A stretch of 63,265 bases of DNA, counting the filler, from Chiloscyllium plagiosum (Eukaryota), in the NCBI RefSeq assembly GCF_004010195.1. It is 4 parts of one record of this genome, joined end to end, with 100 filler letters (N's around TTAATTAATTAA, not from the genome) between each part and the next. Parts side by side here need not be neighbours in the genome. Positions count along the whole stretch, not along the records: positions 1 to 29,767 come from NC_057716.1; positions 29,868 to 49,011 come from NC_057716.1; 2 more parts are not named here. One strand, written 5' to 3'. Position numbers and translations under genes: made by a program. The notes below the pieces were generated by a model that had not been told where the DNA came from, did no database searches, and worked only from the letters and a program-made list of their open reading frames with translations. Positions 24,360 to 37,299 of this stretch are shown in pieces (position 1 is the stretch's first letter; every line of letters starts with the position of its first letter).

Positions 24360-24606
24360 AGTAGGCAAAAGTGAGGATTGCAGATGCTGGAAACCAGAGT
24401 TTAGATCAGAGTGGTGCTGGAAAAGCACAGCAGGTCAGGCAGCATCTGAAGAGCAGGAAAATCGATGTTTCGGGCAAAAGCCCTTCATCAGGAATAGGGC
24501 TGATTAAGCTATTCCTGATGAAGGACTTTTGCCCGAAACATCGATTTTCCTGCTCCTTGGATGCTGCCTGAACTGCTGTGCTTTTACAGCACCACTCTGA
24601 TCTAAA
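24360..24606. mobile_element. Palindromic mini-element with back-to-back hammerheads; 14-bp TSD
   Basis: CATCTTCCTATTCA at 24346-24359 and 24607-24620; about 95-bp arms; hammerhead cores at 24467-24491(-) and 24515-24539(+). Confidence 0.88.
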
Positions 24607-24730
24607 CATCTTCCTATTCACCTATCCCCTCCATCCTACCCATTTACTAATCACAGTAACCCGGAATCTGCATCTACCTATCACCATCTTACCTACCCTG
24701 CCTCAGCCCCACCACTCTCCCTCTATTTAC

Positions 24731-25556
24731 TTAGAGTCATAGAATCATAGAGATATACAGCACGGAAACAGACCCTTCGGTCCAACTTGTTCATGCCGAC
24801 CAGATATCCCCATCTAATCTAGTCCCACCTGCTAGTACCCGGCCCATATCCCTCAAAACCTTTCCAGTTCATATACCCATCCAGATGCCCTTTAAATGTT
24901 GCAATTGTACTAGCCTCCATCACTTCCTCTGGCAGCTCATTCCATACACGTACCACCCTCTGCATGAAAAATTTGCTCCATATGTCTCTTTCCCCTCTCA
25001 CCCTAAACTCATGCCCTCTAGTTCTGGTCTCACCCATTACTCAATACTCTGCCAATAAAGGAAAGCATAACAAACACTCCTTCACTATCCTATCTACCTG
25101 CGATTCTACTTTCAAGGAGCAATGAACCTGCACTCCAAGGTCTCTTTGTTCAGAAATACTCCATAGGACCTTGCCATTAAGTGTATAAGTCCTACTAAGA
25201 CTTGTTTTCCCAAAATGCAGCACCTCGCATTTATCTAAATTAAACTCCATCTGCCACTCCTCAGCCCATTCACTCATCTGATCAAGATCCCATTGTAATC
25301 TGAGGTAACCTTCTTTGCTGTCCACTACACCTCCAATTTTGGTGTCATTTGCAAACTTACTAACTATACCTCTTATGCGCACATCCACATCATTTGTATA
25401 AATGGTGAAAAGTAGTGGACCCAGCACGGATCCTTGTGGCACTCCACCGGTCACAGGCCTCCAGTCTGAAAAACAACCGTCCACCACCACCCTCTGCTTT
25501 CTACCTTTGAGCCAGTTCTGTATCCAAATAGCTAATTCGTCCTGTGTTCCATGAGA
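24731..25556 (-). mobile_element. CR1 LINE RT and 3' end with internal deletion
   Basis: GVPQGSVLGPLLF, SKFANDTKIGG, WQMEFNLDKC, RVVRVWNELP; CR1 tail at 24731-24790. Confidence 0.92.
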
Positions 25557-26269
25557 TCTGGACTCCCCCCGCTCCCCCTCCCCCACCCCCCCACCCAACC
25601 CCACCCCGGTACTGAAGAAGGGTTTTGGCCTGAAACATTGATTTTCTTGCTCTTCGGATGCTGTCTGACCTGCTGTGCTTTTCCAGCTTCACATCTATTG
25701 ACATTAATATATACAAGCCAGCCAATCTTCTATTCTTCGTAATATATTGTTTCTTACACCATGAACATTTTTAAAAATTACAATAACCTTTAATATGGCA
25801 TCTTATTAAATGTCTTCTGGAAATCAAAGTATAACAAACTTCTCTTTATAGACAGAATATCTTACTCCTTCAAAGAACGCTAATAACTTGTTTAAACATG
25901 ACTCTCTTGTGACAAAACCATGCTGATCTTCTGAGTTAGTCAGATCAACACAATAAAAACATTTCACAATTTAGAATTGACATTACATGTCAAACTGAAA
26001 TCTCATATTTAAATCCAAATATTTACTGGTCGTTTCATTGAAAGCCAAGCACAGGTAAAATGAACTGAAGGTATGTATTTGTGCACAGGAAAGTTGAATA
26101 ACAATTCTCTACCATGAAACATTGTTCATAACGGAAACTGTATTTTTTCATCACAAAATCCTTTTTTTTAACAAGTTTCATATTGTTTGGAATTACTAAT
26201 GTCATCTGTTTGTAAATTACTCTCACAACCATCTTCATTGAAATGTAATTATCCCTCCCACTGTAATTT

Positions 26270-26650
26270 TAGAGTCATGGACGTCTACAGAACAGAAAAA
26301 AGCCCCTTTGCCTATTGAGTCTGACCCAGTCATGAACAGCTAGTTAAATATTCTAACCCTATTCCCCATCACTTGGCCCATAGCCTGCTATGCCTTAGAA
26401 TCACAGTGCACAACTAAATACTTCTCAAATGTTATAAGGGTTTCCTCCTGTACTACCCCTACAGGCGGTGAGTTTTTGACTTCTAGCACTCTCTGGATGA
26501 CATTTTCTTTCCTGTTATTCCTCTAAGCTTCCTGTCCCTTATGTTAAATCTATGATTTAATCATCGATCTCTCCACCAAGATGAAACGTTCCTTCCCATC
26601 TAGCCTATCTATATCCCTTATAAAACTGCACACCTCAGTCATGACTCCCT
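26270..26650 (-). mobile_element. Degenerate CR1 3' end
   Basis: Reverse-complemented tail and diverged 3' ORF2 motifs. Confidence 0.65.
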
Positions 26651-26692
26651 CCCCCAGTCTTTTTACAATTTTAACATTGCTTTGTTGCATAA

Positions 26693-26984
26693 ATGGTGGC
26701 TCAGTGGTTAGCACTGCTGCCTCACAGCACCAGGGTCCCAGGTTCAATTCTAGCCTCAGGCGACTGTCTGTGTGGAGTTTACACATTCTCCCTGTGTCTG
26801 CGTGGGTTTCCTCCCACAGTCCAAAGGTGTGCAAGTCAGGTGAATCGGCCATGCTAAACTTCTCATAGTGTTAGGTGCACTAGTCAGAGGGGAAATTGGT
26901 CTGGGTGGGTTACTGTTTGGAGGATCAATGTGGACTAGTTGGGCCGAAGGGCCTGTTTCTACACTGTAGGGAATCTAATCTAAT
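26693..26984 (+). mobile_element. tRNA-derived SINE (HE1/V-SINE type)
   Basis: A box tggctcagtgg, B box ggttcaattc, V-core tgtgtggagttt.cacattctccctgtgtctgcgtgggtttc, CR1-like tail gggccgaagggcctgtttc and AATCT repeats. Confidence 0.88.
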
Positions 26985-29489
26985 AAATATGTGTTTTTAA
27001 TATGAGTATTTTAAACCATGGAGTTGATTTGTTATTTCAGAATTATTGTAAAATTTGGGTTATTTTTGCAATCCTGGGATATGTGATGCTGATACGATTT
27101 AATTTTTTCTTGTAATTTAAATATTGAATGAAGAGAAAACAGTACAATCATTTGTTATTGGTCATGCTCTACTCTTATGCATGCTTCAGTGGCATTGATT
27201 TTGCTATTGGCATTAGTCCAGATTTAATGGTGGCAGTAAAATATTGATGGTGAGTATGTTCATTACTACTCGGTCAGAGTTTGTGCTCACTGCTAATCAT
27301 CAGCAGTAATGCTTACCGACAGAGATATTACGAGTCAATTTAACTTATAATTAAGGAGGGAATGGTAGGGAAAGTGCCTGCATGCAATTTTAAATGATAA
27401 ACTGTAGCATGAGATCCTGATGCTGTTAGTACAATTTGGAGCTTTCCATTCTATTTGCTGCGCAGTAAAGCTGAGGAGATGCCTCATTAAAATCTCTTAT
27501 TCAGCAGGAGGAAGAGGAAGTCCTGTATCTGTAGCTTCTGGGAATTATCCTTCTATGACTGACTATAAATGCTTTACATTATTTAAATTTACAAGAAAAA
27601 TCTTGGAAAAACTTGATAATAATTCAGTCAGTTTTTTTTTGTGTCACTGTCATTTTTGTTAAGTTGGAAAATACTATTTTTTCTGCTTGCTCATAGTAAT
27701 ATATAAATTATTTTAAAAAGTAAAAATAACAGTACTGATTATTTGCTTATTAGTACACCTCAGTTTCATTTTCCACTCTAAAATGAGTCCACAGAAATGA
27801 ATAAATTGCTTGTTAAGGTCATGTTCATTAAAAGAATCATTGGATAATTATCTGTCAGTGGGGGCAGAGATATGAGAGTGAATTTTTCTCTATCACCCCT
27901 GTAATTGCAGAAAACCCACTTACTAGGAATTTTTCAGGGTATTGGCAATTCTATAAATAAAAATGGCTATGGATGTTAAGTGCAAAGGTGCAACATTTTG
28001 AAATGCGGCAGTACTGACAGAAGGAAAGAGCAGAGAAGCATTCTCAGCCCACACTTCTTGCCAATATTTTATGCCATTTCTCGCAACAAGTGTAGGAAGT
28101 GGAAATTGGACTGGAAGTTCAACAACCACAACAACAATTTGGAGGTATATATAGCTTCGCACCAATTTTCTGTGCCATGATTGGCTGCCAAATCCACATG
28201 ATTACTAAATAGGACCAACTTCTGGATTTGGATGTTGAAGTCCCAAATCCAAAATGAAAGTCCAGTCCTAGAACTAGGAATGTAGTCAAAAAACTAAAGA
28301 TGAAAGTTTCAGCAGTCAAATTAATAAACAATTCCATGCAAAAAGGGCATGGAAATAGTTGGGAGAATGAAGGGGCAGAAGCAATTTAAAGTGATGACAG
28401 CAGCCGTTAACATGGCAGCATTGAAATGTTATTGTAGCTGAAAGGAGGGACAGGGAAAGCAGAGATCAGGAAGCTTGAAAGGGCAACCCAAATGGTCAGT
28501 GATTATAGCCGGTGAGGTGATGGTGGAGATTTTATTTAATGAGATGTGAGACTTGCTGGCTAGGCTAATATTTATTTTTTACTGAGACTGGCAACATCTC
28601 TTCTACCCAGATAGTAGCAGGAGAAGGCCAGCCAGCAAGCCAGCCAAACCCTGCAGGTTTGTTTGGAGACAGCAGCGCAAGTAAGCAGCTGCAGAATTGT
28701 GAGGAGGACCTATGAGCACTGCCTTAAGTGGTTCTGGCAAGGTGAGTGCAGTTTGACACCCAGATAAGAAGTCTCCAGCTGGATATTCATCAGCAGACAC
28801 ACCAGCTGTGTAGCTGGAAGGTTCATGGTGCTCCTAAACATAGGAATGTGCACACAAGTAATGGCATACTCATCAATAAGGTTTAAATCACCAGCATTAC
28901 TGAGGATCTCCCAGCACTATGAAACATAGCATTTAAATGAGCCACTGGAATTGGTGAGAGAGGTCAGCATTGCCTTCTCTCTCTCTTTTCTCCCTGTAGG
29001 ATAGACAGGTAGATAATGCCAGGAAGGCATACATGGAGGAGAGCTCACCATTCCTTACTAGAATGGAGGAAACACCACTTGATATCATGAGGGCAGTGTT
29101 GCATATGCAAAAGGGTAAAAGGGAAATAGGAATACCTGTAGGATTGGATGAAAAGCTATTGAATTCTATAGCTGATAGCTGAAGAGTATGCCAATGCAAT
29201 AGTGACATCAATGGGATCCTTAGGGGAGATGAAAGCCATTCAATCAGTTCTGTCCCATTGTACAAGCACACCCTTCCATTGCACAGAGACATAAATTGGT
29301 TAATTTCTGAACATGATTAGAAAGGGAGACAGTAACACTGAGTGAAGAGTACAGAATGATTAATATCAGGAAGGAGGTGAGAGGGAAGTGAGAGATGAGC
29401 TCCTGCACTGATAGCGAGATTAACTTTATGGAGAATTATATGGTGTAGCATTCAGAGTGGTTGCAGAAATGGTATGCTCGCACCCACAC

Positions 29490-29950
29490 ACATCTGCAGT
29501 CATTGCTTTTACCTCGTTGATTTTAACCCTACTGCGAATCCTCTGCGAATTTCAGCACTGTCCCCATGACTTGTCCTAACTTGTCCTACCTGCTTATCTT
29601 CTTTTCCACCTATCCACTCTACCCTCCCCCCCCCCCGACCTATCACCTTCATCCCCTCCCCCACTCACCTATTGTACTCCATGCTACTTTCTCCCCACCC
29701 CCACCCTCCTCTCACTTATCTCTCCACCCTTTAGGCTCTCTGCCTGTATTCCTGATGAAGGGCTTTTNNNNNNNNNNNNNNNNNNNNNNNNNNNNNNNNN
29801 NNNNNNNNNNNTTAATTAATTAANNNNNNNNNNNNNNNNNNNNNNNNNNNNNNNNNNNNNNNNNNNNGCCTATCACCCACACCTTGACCTCCTTCCACCT
29901 ATCGCATTTCCAACGCCCCTCCCCCAAGTCCCTCCTCCCCACCTTTTATC
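29490..29950 (+). mobile_element. PLE pLTR fragments flanking a scaffold gap
   Basis: C-rich pLTR ending attcctgatgaagggctttt, cut by N; matches 58317-58455. Confidence 0.65.
29812..29823. other. Artificial contig-joining linker TTAATTAATTAA (also 49056-49067 and 58261-58272)
   Basis: Identical 12-mer centred between two 44-N runs in all three places; stop codons in all six frames. Confidence 0.95.
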
Positions 29951-30323
29951 TATGTCTTTAAGAGTCAAATTCCTTTGAAACAATCAAACTTCAAACCCTG
30001 ATACCCTCCCAACCACTGGAGGACACTGTCTCTCCATCTGGAATCCAACAATCCCACCCCACCCCTCACCTGCTGCCAGACCTGACGACACCCTCTCAAT
30101 TGTTAGATCTGCCAAAGACCAGATTAGTTTGTTAATTGAGGTTGGGAATAATACTGATGCCATTCTTGCCTGAAAAGACAGTGCAGAAAAAAATTGCAGT
30201 ATATGAAGAGCTAAATTAAAGTTTTTGTCTCCTCTTTCAGTTCAGGAATTTAATCGTACTGTAGATCTGGCAAAGTTTCATTGACATCAAGAGTTAGTTG
30301 GGGAAAATTGTTACTCTATCAAA

Positions 30324-30416
30324 CGATTCCTGAAGAAGGGCTTATGCCCAAAAAGTCGATTCTCCTGCTCCTTGGATGCTGCCTGACCTGCTGCGCTTTT
30401 CCAGCAACACATTTTC
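30324..30416 (+). mobile_element. 93-bp hammerhead-bearing PLE mini-element (GAAA mutated to AAAA); 12-bp TSD
   Basis: TACTCTATCAAA at 30312-30323 and 30417-30428. Confidence 0.82.
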
Positions 30417-30764
30417 TACTCTATCAAATGCTCAACATCAGCAATCTATAGAAATGTAGTCGTATCAGGCTTGAAATATTAACTGTGCTTCACTTTCCAC
30501 AGATGCTGCCATATCCGAGGGTGGAGAAGTCAACATTATCAGTACAGTGCTAGCTCTAGCAAGAATGCTCCTAGCTGTTTCCATGGCCAGATTGGCAGCC
30601 GCCCTGGAGACCATGTCCATCAGAACACTCAGCAGCTATTGAAATGCATGTAGATCTGCACTTCTTCAACAATAAAAAGTGAGAGGATGAGGAACCTCAG
30701 GCAGATGCAGGAGATGGATGTGTGCACCTGTGCATAGTGATCTAGCATGAGCTAGGCGATGACT

Positions 30765-31311
30765 AGGTAGTATTATCACTGATCCTTTAGTCCAGCGACC
30801 CAGTTAATATTTTGGGGATGTGGGTTCAAATCCTGCCATGGCAAATGGTGGAATTTGAATTCAATAAAAATCTGGAATTAAGATTGTATTCGCCGAGCTG
30901 GGAATTTGTGTTGCAGACGTTTCGTCCCTTATCTGGAACTGACAACCAGAAGCGGCAGATTCAAACCACTACAAGTGCCGGAGGAAACATCACAGAAACG
31001 CTTCACAGGAGGCTCCCAAGCACTGAGGATGTCACCTAGACAGGGGACGAAACGTCTACAACACAAATTCCCAGCTTGGCGAACACAACCACAACAACGA
31101 GCACCCGAGCTACAAATCTCACAAACTTTGAATCTGGAATTAAGAGTCTAGTGATGACTGTGAAACCTATGATAGTCAGGAAACAGCCATTCTTACCTGG
31201 TCTGGTCTACTTGTGACCGATAGCAGTGTGGTTGACTCTTAACTGTCCTCTGGGCAATTAGGGCTGAGCAACAAATGCTGGCCTAGTAATCCTCTGAATG
31301 AATGGAAAAAA
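30765..31311 (+). mobile_element. Deu-domain SINE interrupted by a PLE pLTR
   Basis: Similar to 3140-3462 on both sides of the insert; B box gggttcaaatcc. Confidence 0.7.
30884..31130 (+). mobile_element. PLE pLTR insertion with 5' inverted segment and hammerhead (31023-31055); 15-bp TSD
   Basis: AATCTGGAATTAAGA at 30869-30883 and 31131-31145; 30888-30935 is the reverse complement of 31036-31083; same family as 22869-23088. Confidence 0.88.
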
Positions 31312-31825
31312 TGTCAGATGTTGGGGTGCTCCTAGTCAACGTCTGTATTCAAGAGATCAGCCAAGATGATGCAGAGATGCTAATGTTGATGGATGGACTT
31401 TGAGCTGGATGCCTTGAGGGGAAAAATAATGATCAGTGAATACCAGGTAACTGCTTGGACGTCAAGTTAGGGATTAGCACCGTCGGACTCTTTTTAATGT
31501 ACAAAAGAATCGTGAATTGTATGTAAATGAGGCAAGTTTAACTGTTAAGGAAATGCAAGTGCATGGAAATAAGATGTTTGTCACATACTAGCAAGATTCT
31601 CATCTAGCTGTTCTAACCTTCAGGGTATAGTTGAACTTTCGTTTCCCCCTCGATGTCAAGAATTACAGAATATTTTCTCACCTTTGTCCATGCCACTCGA
31701 ATGATGTGAAAATTCAGCCCATTGTTCATAACATTTGACCTCAGTAATCCCAGAGGTCCTGTAGGGCTTTTATAAAATAGCTAAAATAAGTTCAGAGAAG
31801 TAATTAACAAATCTTTCATTTTCTG

Positions 31826-32406
31826 AGTTAAAAATCACACAACACCAGGTTATAGTCCAACAGATTTAATTGGAAGCACACTAGCTTTCGGAGCGACGCT
31901 CCTTCATCAGGTGATAGTGGAGGGCTCAACCCTAACACAGAATTTATAGTAAAAATCTACAGTGTGATGTAACTGAAATTATACATTCAAAAATTGATTG
32001 TCTGTTAAGCCTTTCATCTGTTAGAATACAGTGATAGTTTCACTTCTTTCATGTGTAAATCACAAAACTTTTTTTTTTAAAAGTTGCATTCTCTGGTTAG
32101 CTGTTAACAATGGTGATAGCTAGACAATATGTTGAAGGTGTTGGCCCCCTGTGTTCTCTGTCTATGTCATGATGTTTAGATTGATTCTAATCTAATAAGT
32201 GAGATCACAGAGTTTTACATAAATTCTTGCAGTTTTTGAGCGAAGTACAATGTAACCCTGCAAGTACAAATTCACCCACAAAATATACGTGTGTATGTGG
32301 GTTTTTGTCAGTCTGTCTGTGTGTGTGTGTGTGTGTATATAGTGCAATGGTGGTCACCTGTAATGTGACATGAACCCAACGTCCCAGTTGAGGCCCTCCC
32401 TATGGG
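31826..32406 (-). mobile_element. PLE pLTR with intact hammerhead (31878-31913)
   Basis: Very similar to 17740-18470; minus strand reads CAC-CTGATGA-A-GGAGC-GTC-GCTCC-GAAA-GC-TA-GTG. Confidence 0.88.
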
Positions 32407-34249
32407 TTTCTGGGTTTCTTCAAATTTTCGTTTAAGTTTCTAGAGACGTTCTTCCCAGGTCTGTTTTTTATAAATAGTCGTGACGCATGTGTAATTCAGT
32501 TACAACTACTGCACCAAACCCTTAAATACATTCATGGACTGCAATTCCTAAATTTTATTGAATGTGATTTTTTCTTCTCTTCATTTTGGTTTTAGTGGCT
32601 TTATTTTCCATTAATCAAATATGTATTTTGGGCAGACTTTTGCCAGGTTTGCTAATTCCTATGTATTTTTAACATGATTTTGACATTAAATAGAGGTGAA
32701 TTTTCCAATGATCAGAACTTTGTGTAAATTTTGTGCACTTCACTGGTCTATATTTTAAATGAAAACAAAAGGTTACAAGAATATCTAGTAGATATAATAC
32801 TTCCCTCTCTATAATAACTTTTGTAGATGAGCAGCTTGATTGATTAAATTTGAAAAGGTGCTAGAGTGAGGCAAGTGCAGAATAATAATCGCAGTCATTT
32901 TATATCAGCGTTATGCAGACTCTAGGCTCCCTCTGCTGTGAGAATATGAAATTTCTTACAAAAACTTGTATCATAATGGCAGGAAAACCATAGTTGAGAA
33001 CAGTAGCTTTTAATGGGAATGGGATTGTACTAAGTTGGATCTTGTCTGTGCTGATCCTGGATCTGAATTTAGCATAACAATATGGAATTTAATATCCTTT
33101 AAAAAAATCACATTTCAAAGCTATTTATTTTTGCTCCATTGGATCTCAAGTTATTCTATACTAGATTTTTGAAGTAGAGTATGCATTCATACAAAGTCTA
33201 GTATATGCTAACCTCTAACTATACTTTTAATTGTGCAGTTTAAATATATAAACTGCACCAAAGACTGTAAATAAGGAGCACAGATCTAGTTTAACCATAT
33301 ATTGTCAGATCTGGCTGATGTATTAGTAGTAGTATTGGACTTTGTTGTCTTCGATTAAAAAATGCTCATGACTAAAGGATCATTTTGGTATGCAAATATA
33401 TCCCTGCCATTCTTGTCATCATCACTAACTGAACTGTAACCCCCCTCGCTCCTGCTCCCTCCATATTCAATAAGTTTAAGCAGCTTGTCCATTCAGTTGC
33501 GTTGACTGCATCACACCTTTTACATGCTACAACATGCAAATTCCCCTACCTTCTCTCCTGTCAACTGGTTCTCCTTGCCCTGAGCTCATCTTGCCCTCAA
33601 GACTCATTCCTTTTGTCTCAACCCTTTTCCCATTATCTGTTGACTGACCAACTACTCTTTCTGACTCTGATGCTTGATAATGTTGGTGGATTTGAAAGAA
33701 CATTAATCAAGGAGAGGACAATCTGTATTTAGCAATTTATGATTTAATTTCCAATTTTTGTTTTCCTTTGCAAAGCAAAGAATATTTCATTGATTCCCAA
33801 TTATTGTTGTCAGTCTATGGCAATTAATCTACCAACTCTATTTATTTGGCACAAATCTGGCTTCCATCCCATTCATGGCACCAAATAAATGCCCTTAAAG
33901 TCAAACGTTGCCACACCCCTAAGTTCTGCAATTCTGTTCTTTTAACTTTTCTGCCTTATTACCTCTCTCTGTTTCTCTAATGTACACTTTAATTTGATAT
34001 CTTTTGAAAGATCAACAGTTTCATTTGTTATGTTGCCTACCTGCTGCCAAGGTATTTGCTCGGAAAGATATTGGAGATGGAGGGGAAGGGCAATGTTGGG
34101 ACTAATAACAAAGACGACTAGGCATGAGGTTTGATAATTTAGCAAAAAACAGCGTCAAAAAGTTATAATGTCTGGATCATTACCAAGCAATGTGCAAATT
34201 AATAGTGATTAACATACAAGTGAGCTAAACACACAACTGAACTCATGGG

Positions 34250-34860
34250 TGGTTAAGAGGATTCAACTGGCATCAGTATGTAGAATTAACGAAATGGTTC
34301 TGCCAGAACTAGGATGGAATCAAGCTCTTAGCAGAAAAAAGTTTAAAACAGGAGGGTGGCCAGGCTCAGGTTGAAAAGCTAGTATAAATAATTCTAAATC
34401 AAGAGGATAGAGAATAGAGTAATAGACAAATTGTGGTTTAGGCACCAAGGATGAAGGGAAAATTGAAAGAAACAATTTAAATTAAAGCATTACTTTAGAA
34501 ATAAGTTCTGTATATGAAAACCATTTGAGCAGGACAGGTGTATGGCTCAAATCAGCATTCTTTACTTGAATGTGGCTGCAAGACATCACGACTGGGAACT
34601 AAATATACTCATTTCTTAAGTCCTCAGGAAGGATCAAGATATATGTTGGCATAGGAGGAAAAGTAGATTTAGTGATAAGGAAGAAAACTACTTCAGTGAG
34701 AAGCAGAAATAAGATATTTTATACATAGAATAAAGACATAGAAAAATATCACGAGTAGTGGTGCAAACTGTGTACAGGCCACTGTTTGTAATTACATAGT
34801 GACTGCGTACATAAATGCTGAGATTAAACCAGTATTCACAGCAAAAGGAGAATGAGAGAA
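34250..34860 (+). mobile_element. Highly degenerate CR1 endonuclease-region relic
   Basis: WLQD..DWELNI and VYRP remnants. Confidence 0.45.
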
Positions 34861-35478
34861 TTGCAACAGAATTTTATGCTCTGCCCTGAGTCAAGTTTGG
34901 TACCAGGAGCAATTTCATTCGGGAATATGGCAACAGGAAGGCCTGTGTTTAGCTTTTCTACTCTGTTATTTAGTGAGGACCTTAGGAGATACCTAATTCT
35001 CACTTAATAGCCTCATCCTACTCCCACACGTATTATACCAGCAGCATGCAGGACAAGCAACAAACCAACCAGTGCAGAGTTGATTGCCATCTCCCATCGT
35101 CCTGTGGTGTTGGATGGGATGGGGGTCTCGTGTTGAAGGCATTCAGTGCCTGACAATAGGACACAGTATGAGAAAGGTGGTTGCTTTTGAAAGCCACTCT
35201 TCTGTCCTTGCTGCTGTGTGCACTCACCTACTGACTGGGATCCAGCAACAAGATTGGACCTGGAGTGTACATTCTGCCAGCAACATCTACTGTTATCTCA
35301 GTCAATAAGGCTGCTGGACTCTTGACAAAAATCCAGCCAGACAAGATACTGTGTGGTCTCACTATTCACTACTTTTAACAACGGAGATGATGGAATAGGG
35401 AGCTACATATCCTAGCTTTCCCAAGATATTTTTAAAAAAAGGTAGTATTGCAAGTTATTTAGATGGAAGCAGGGAATT

Positions 35479-35847
35479 TACCATATTATATACTCTACCA
35501 TATTATGAATTTTTTGACTACTTTTTAAGGTTAAATTTATGAGGTCGACTATTACATAGACTATTTTTGAGAGGCTGAAATTCATGCCTGTCAAAATAGA
35601 TACTATATCATTAGCAGAAGCCCAACTGATCTCTAAAGGAATATAACAAAAACAATGAATTATGGTAATTCTGAAAAGCTGGAGCGGGATGTGACGGCCA
35701 GCACACTGATTCAAATGTTGAGCCCGTTATCTGAGAAGAACTAAGGTTGACTTTTACACGAGATACATGGAAAATTCCAGATTATTTGGCCAAAAATAGG
35801 GTGTTGACTTTTACATGAGATCGACTATTACTCAAGTATATATGGTA
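35479..35847. mobile_element. Non-autonomous Tc1/mariner-superfamily (pogo/Tc2-like) MITE
   Basis: TA-CCATAT ... ATATGG-TA termini; four copies of the motif (g/a)tYgactWttac (about 35544, 35746, 35803, 35820). Confidence 0.6.
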
Positions 35848-35977
35848 TTTCTATTTTTATCCTGTACACTTGAGTAGATATGTGCTGGTGACCAGTGCAA
35901 ACATGATGGGCCAAAGGGTCTTTTGCCATACTGTAAAACTCCCCTCCCCTGCTGCTGATTCAGAAAGCCATGAGTGA

Positions 35978-36015
35978 GGGGGGGGGGGGGGGAGAGAGAG
36001 AGAGAGAGAGAGAGA
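35978..36015. repeat. Poly-G followed by (GA)n microsatellite
   Basis: Read directly from the sequence. Confidence 0.95.
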
Positions 36016-36649
36016 TGAAATAAAATAGAACGGAATTTACCATCTGAAACTGTTGCTTCATGTTTGGATCACGGGTTAGAAATAAAAATATTGACATCAA
36101 TTTGTTAATTCTTTCCTTTTAACCTAAAACATATTGATTATTTTTATAACAATAAGTAGTTAGACAGTGGAGGTCCAAATAGAATTGTGCTCTTGGTTAA
36201 AAAAAATTAATCCTGTATGTAATGTACAGAGAGTAATCATAAAACTGATGGAGAGCTATACAATCTGTGTTTGCATTTTCTGGCATAGAGAACGTGAATG
36301 GATGATTTGTTCAAAGTTTCCAAGAATCAAAAGGAACTGATAAAGAAACTCTATCCATTGGATAAAGACACAGTGTAAAAGTAAGGCATTTCAGTACTGA
36401 AGGCTTCTATGCTTAAAGAATTGCTAGAGTTTGGAAATCCCTTCCACAATAAGCACATGATTAGGAAAGGTTTGAAGGGATATGAGCCATATGCAAGCAA
36501 ATGGGACTATTTTACTTTGGGAACATGGTCAGTGTGGACTGGTTAGACCAAAGGGTGTGTTTCCATGCTACATGACTGTGAATCTGTAAAACATAATTGA
36601 TACCATGACAATTAGACCATTGTTAATTCTAGATTCAAGAACCAATGAT

Positions 36650-37290
36650 CTCCTTTAATGGAATTATAGCTCGGTCCATTCTGTTCATGCCAATCATCAA
36701 GCACGTAATCTACTCTAGTCCCATTCTTTCGCACTTAGTTTGTAGCCTTGCATGCTACGTCACTTAAACTGCTCATCTAAACAGATCTCAAATTTTATAA
36801 TTACTCCTGCCTCTACCAAGACTTCAGGCAATGATTTCCAGAAAAACACCCAAAATGTAAAAAAGAACCCTGAGCTAAATCCCCTGCCTCTTATTTATGT
36901 CTCCTGGTTAGTGACCCCTCTATCAAGGGAAATGTTTATTCCTAACTGTCCTATCTATGCCATTCATAATTTTGTACATCATACTCACATCTCCTCTCAG
37001 CCTTCTCTGCTCTTTGCAAAGCAACACTGCTTATCTCTTCTCTCATTGCAACTAAACACTCCAGCCCAGAAAGCATCCTGGTAAATTTCCTCTGTATCTT
37101 ATGATCAGAACTGCGCACAGCACTCCAGATGTGATCTAATTAATATTACCTAACAGGTCCATCATATTATCCTGCTCTTGTATTTAATACTTCACTAATA
37201 AAGGAAATTATTAAAGACAGTAATGTGCCTTCTTAACCACTTTATTCGCCTATCTTGTTGCCTTCCATATAGTCCTACCATTCATCATTT
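36650..37290 (-). mobile_element. Degenerate CR1 3' fragment
   Basis: Reverse complement of HIWSAV/QFW-type and tail motifs (tgatcagaactgcgcacagcactccag). Confidence 0.65.
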
Positions 37291-37299
37291 ATTGCCAGT

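Larger units (their letters stand above)
23645..25705. mobile_element. PLE pLTR pair in inverted orientation (about 23650-24030 minus; 24130-25705 plus) with nested insertions
   Basis: 23780-24025 is the reverse complement of 24225-24730; the plus copy resumes after the CR1 and ends with a hammerhead (25612-25636) and cttcacatctattgac. Confidence 0.75.

Noticed and set aside
26693..26770. tRNA-like A and B boxes (also 51232 and 61430)
   Set aside because: They are SINE heads followed by a SINE core or truncated; no complete cloverleaf.
29768..29867. Perfect palindrome TTAATTAATTAA recurring three times
   Set aside because: Always centred in 44N+12+44N blocks, so it is a synthetic scaffolding linker and not biology.
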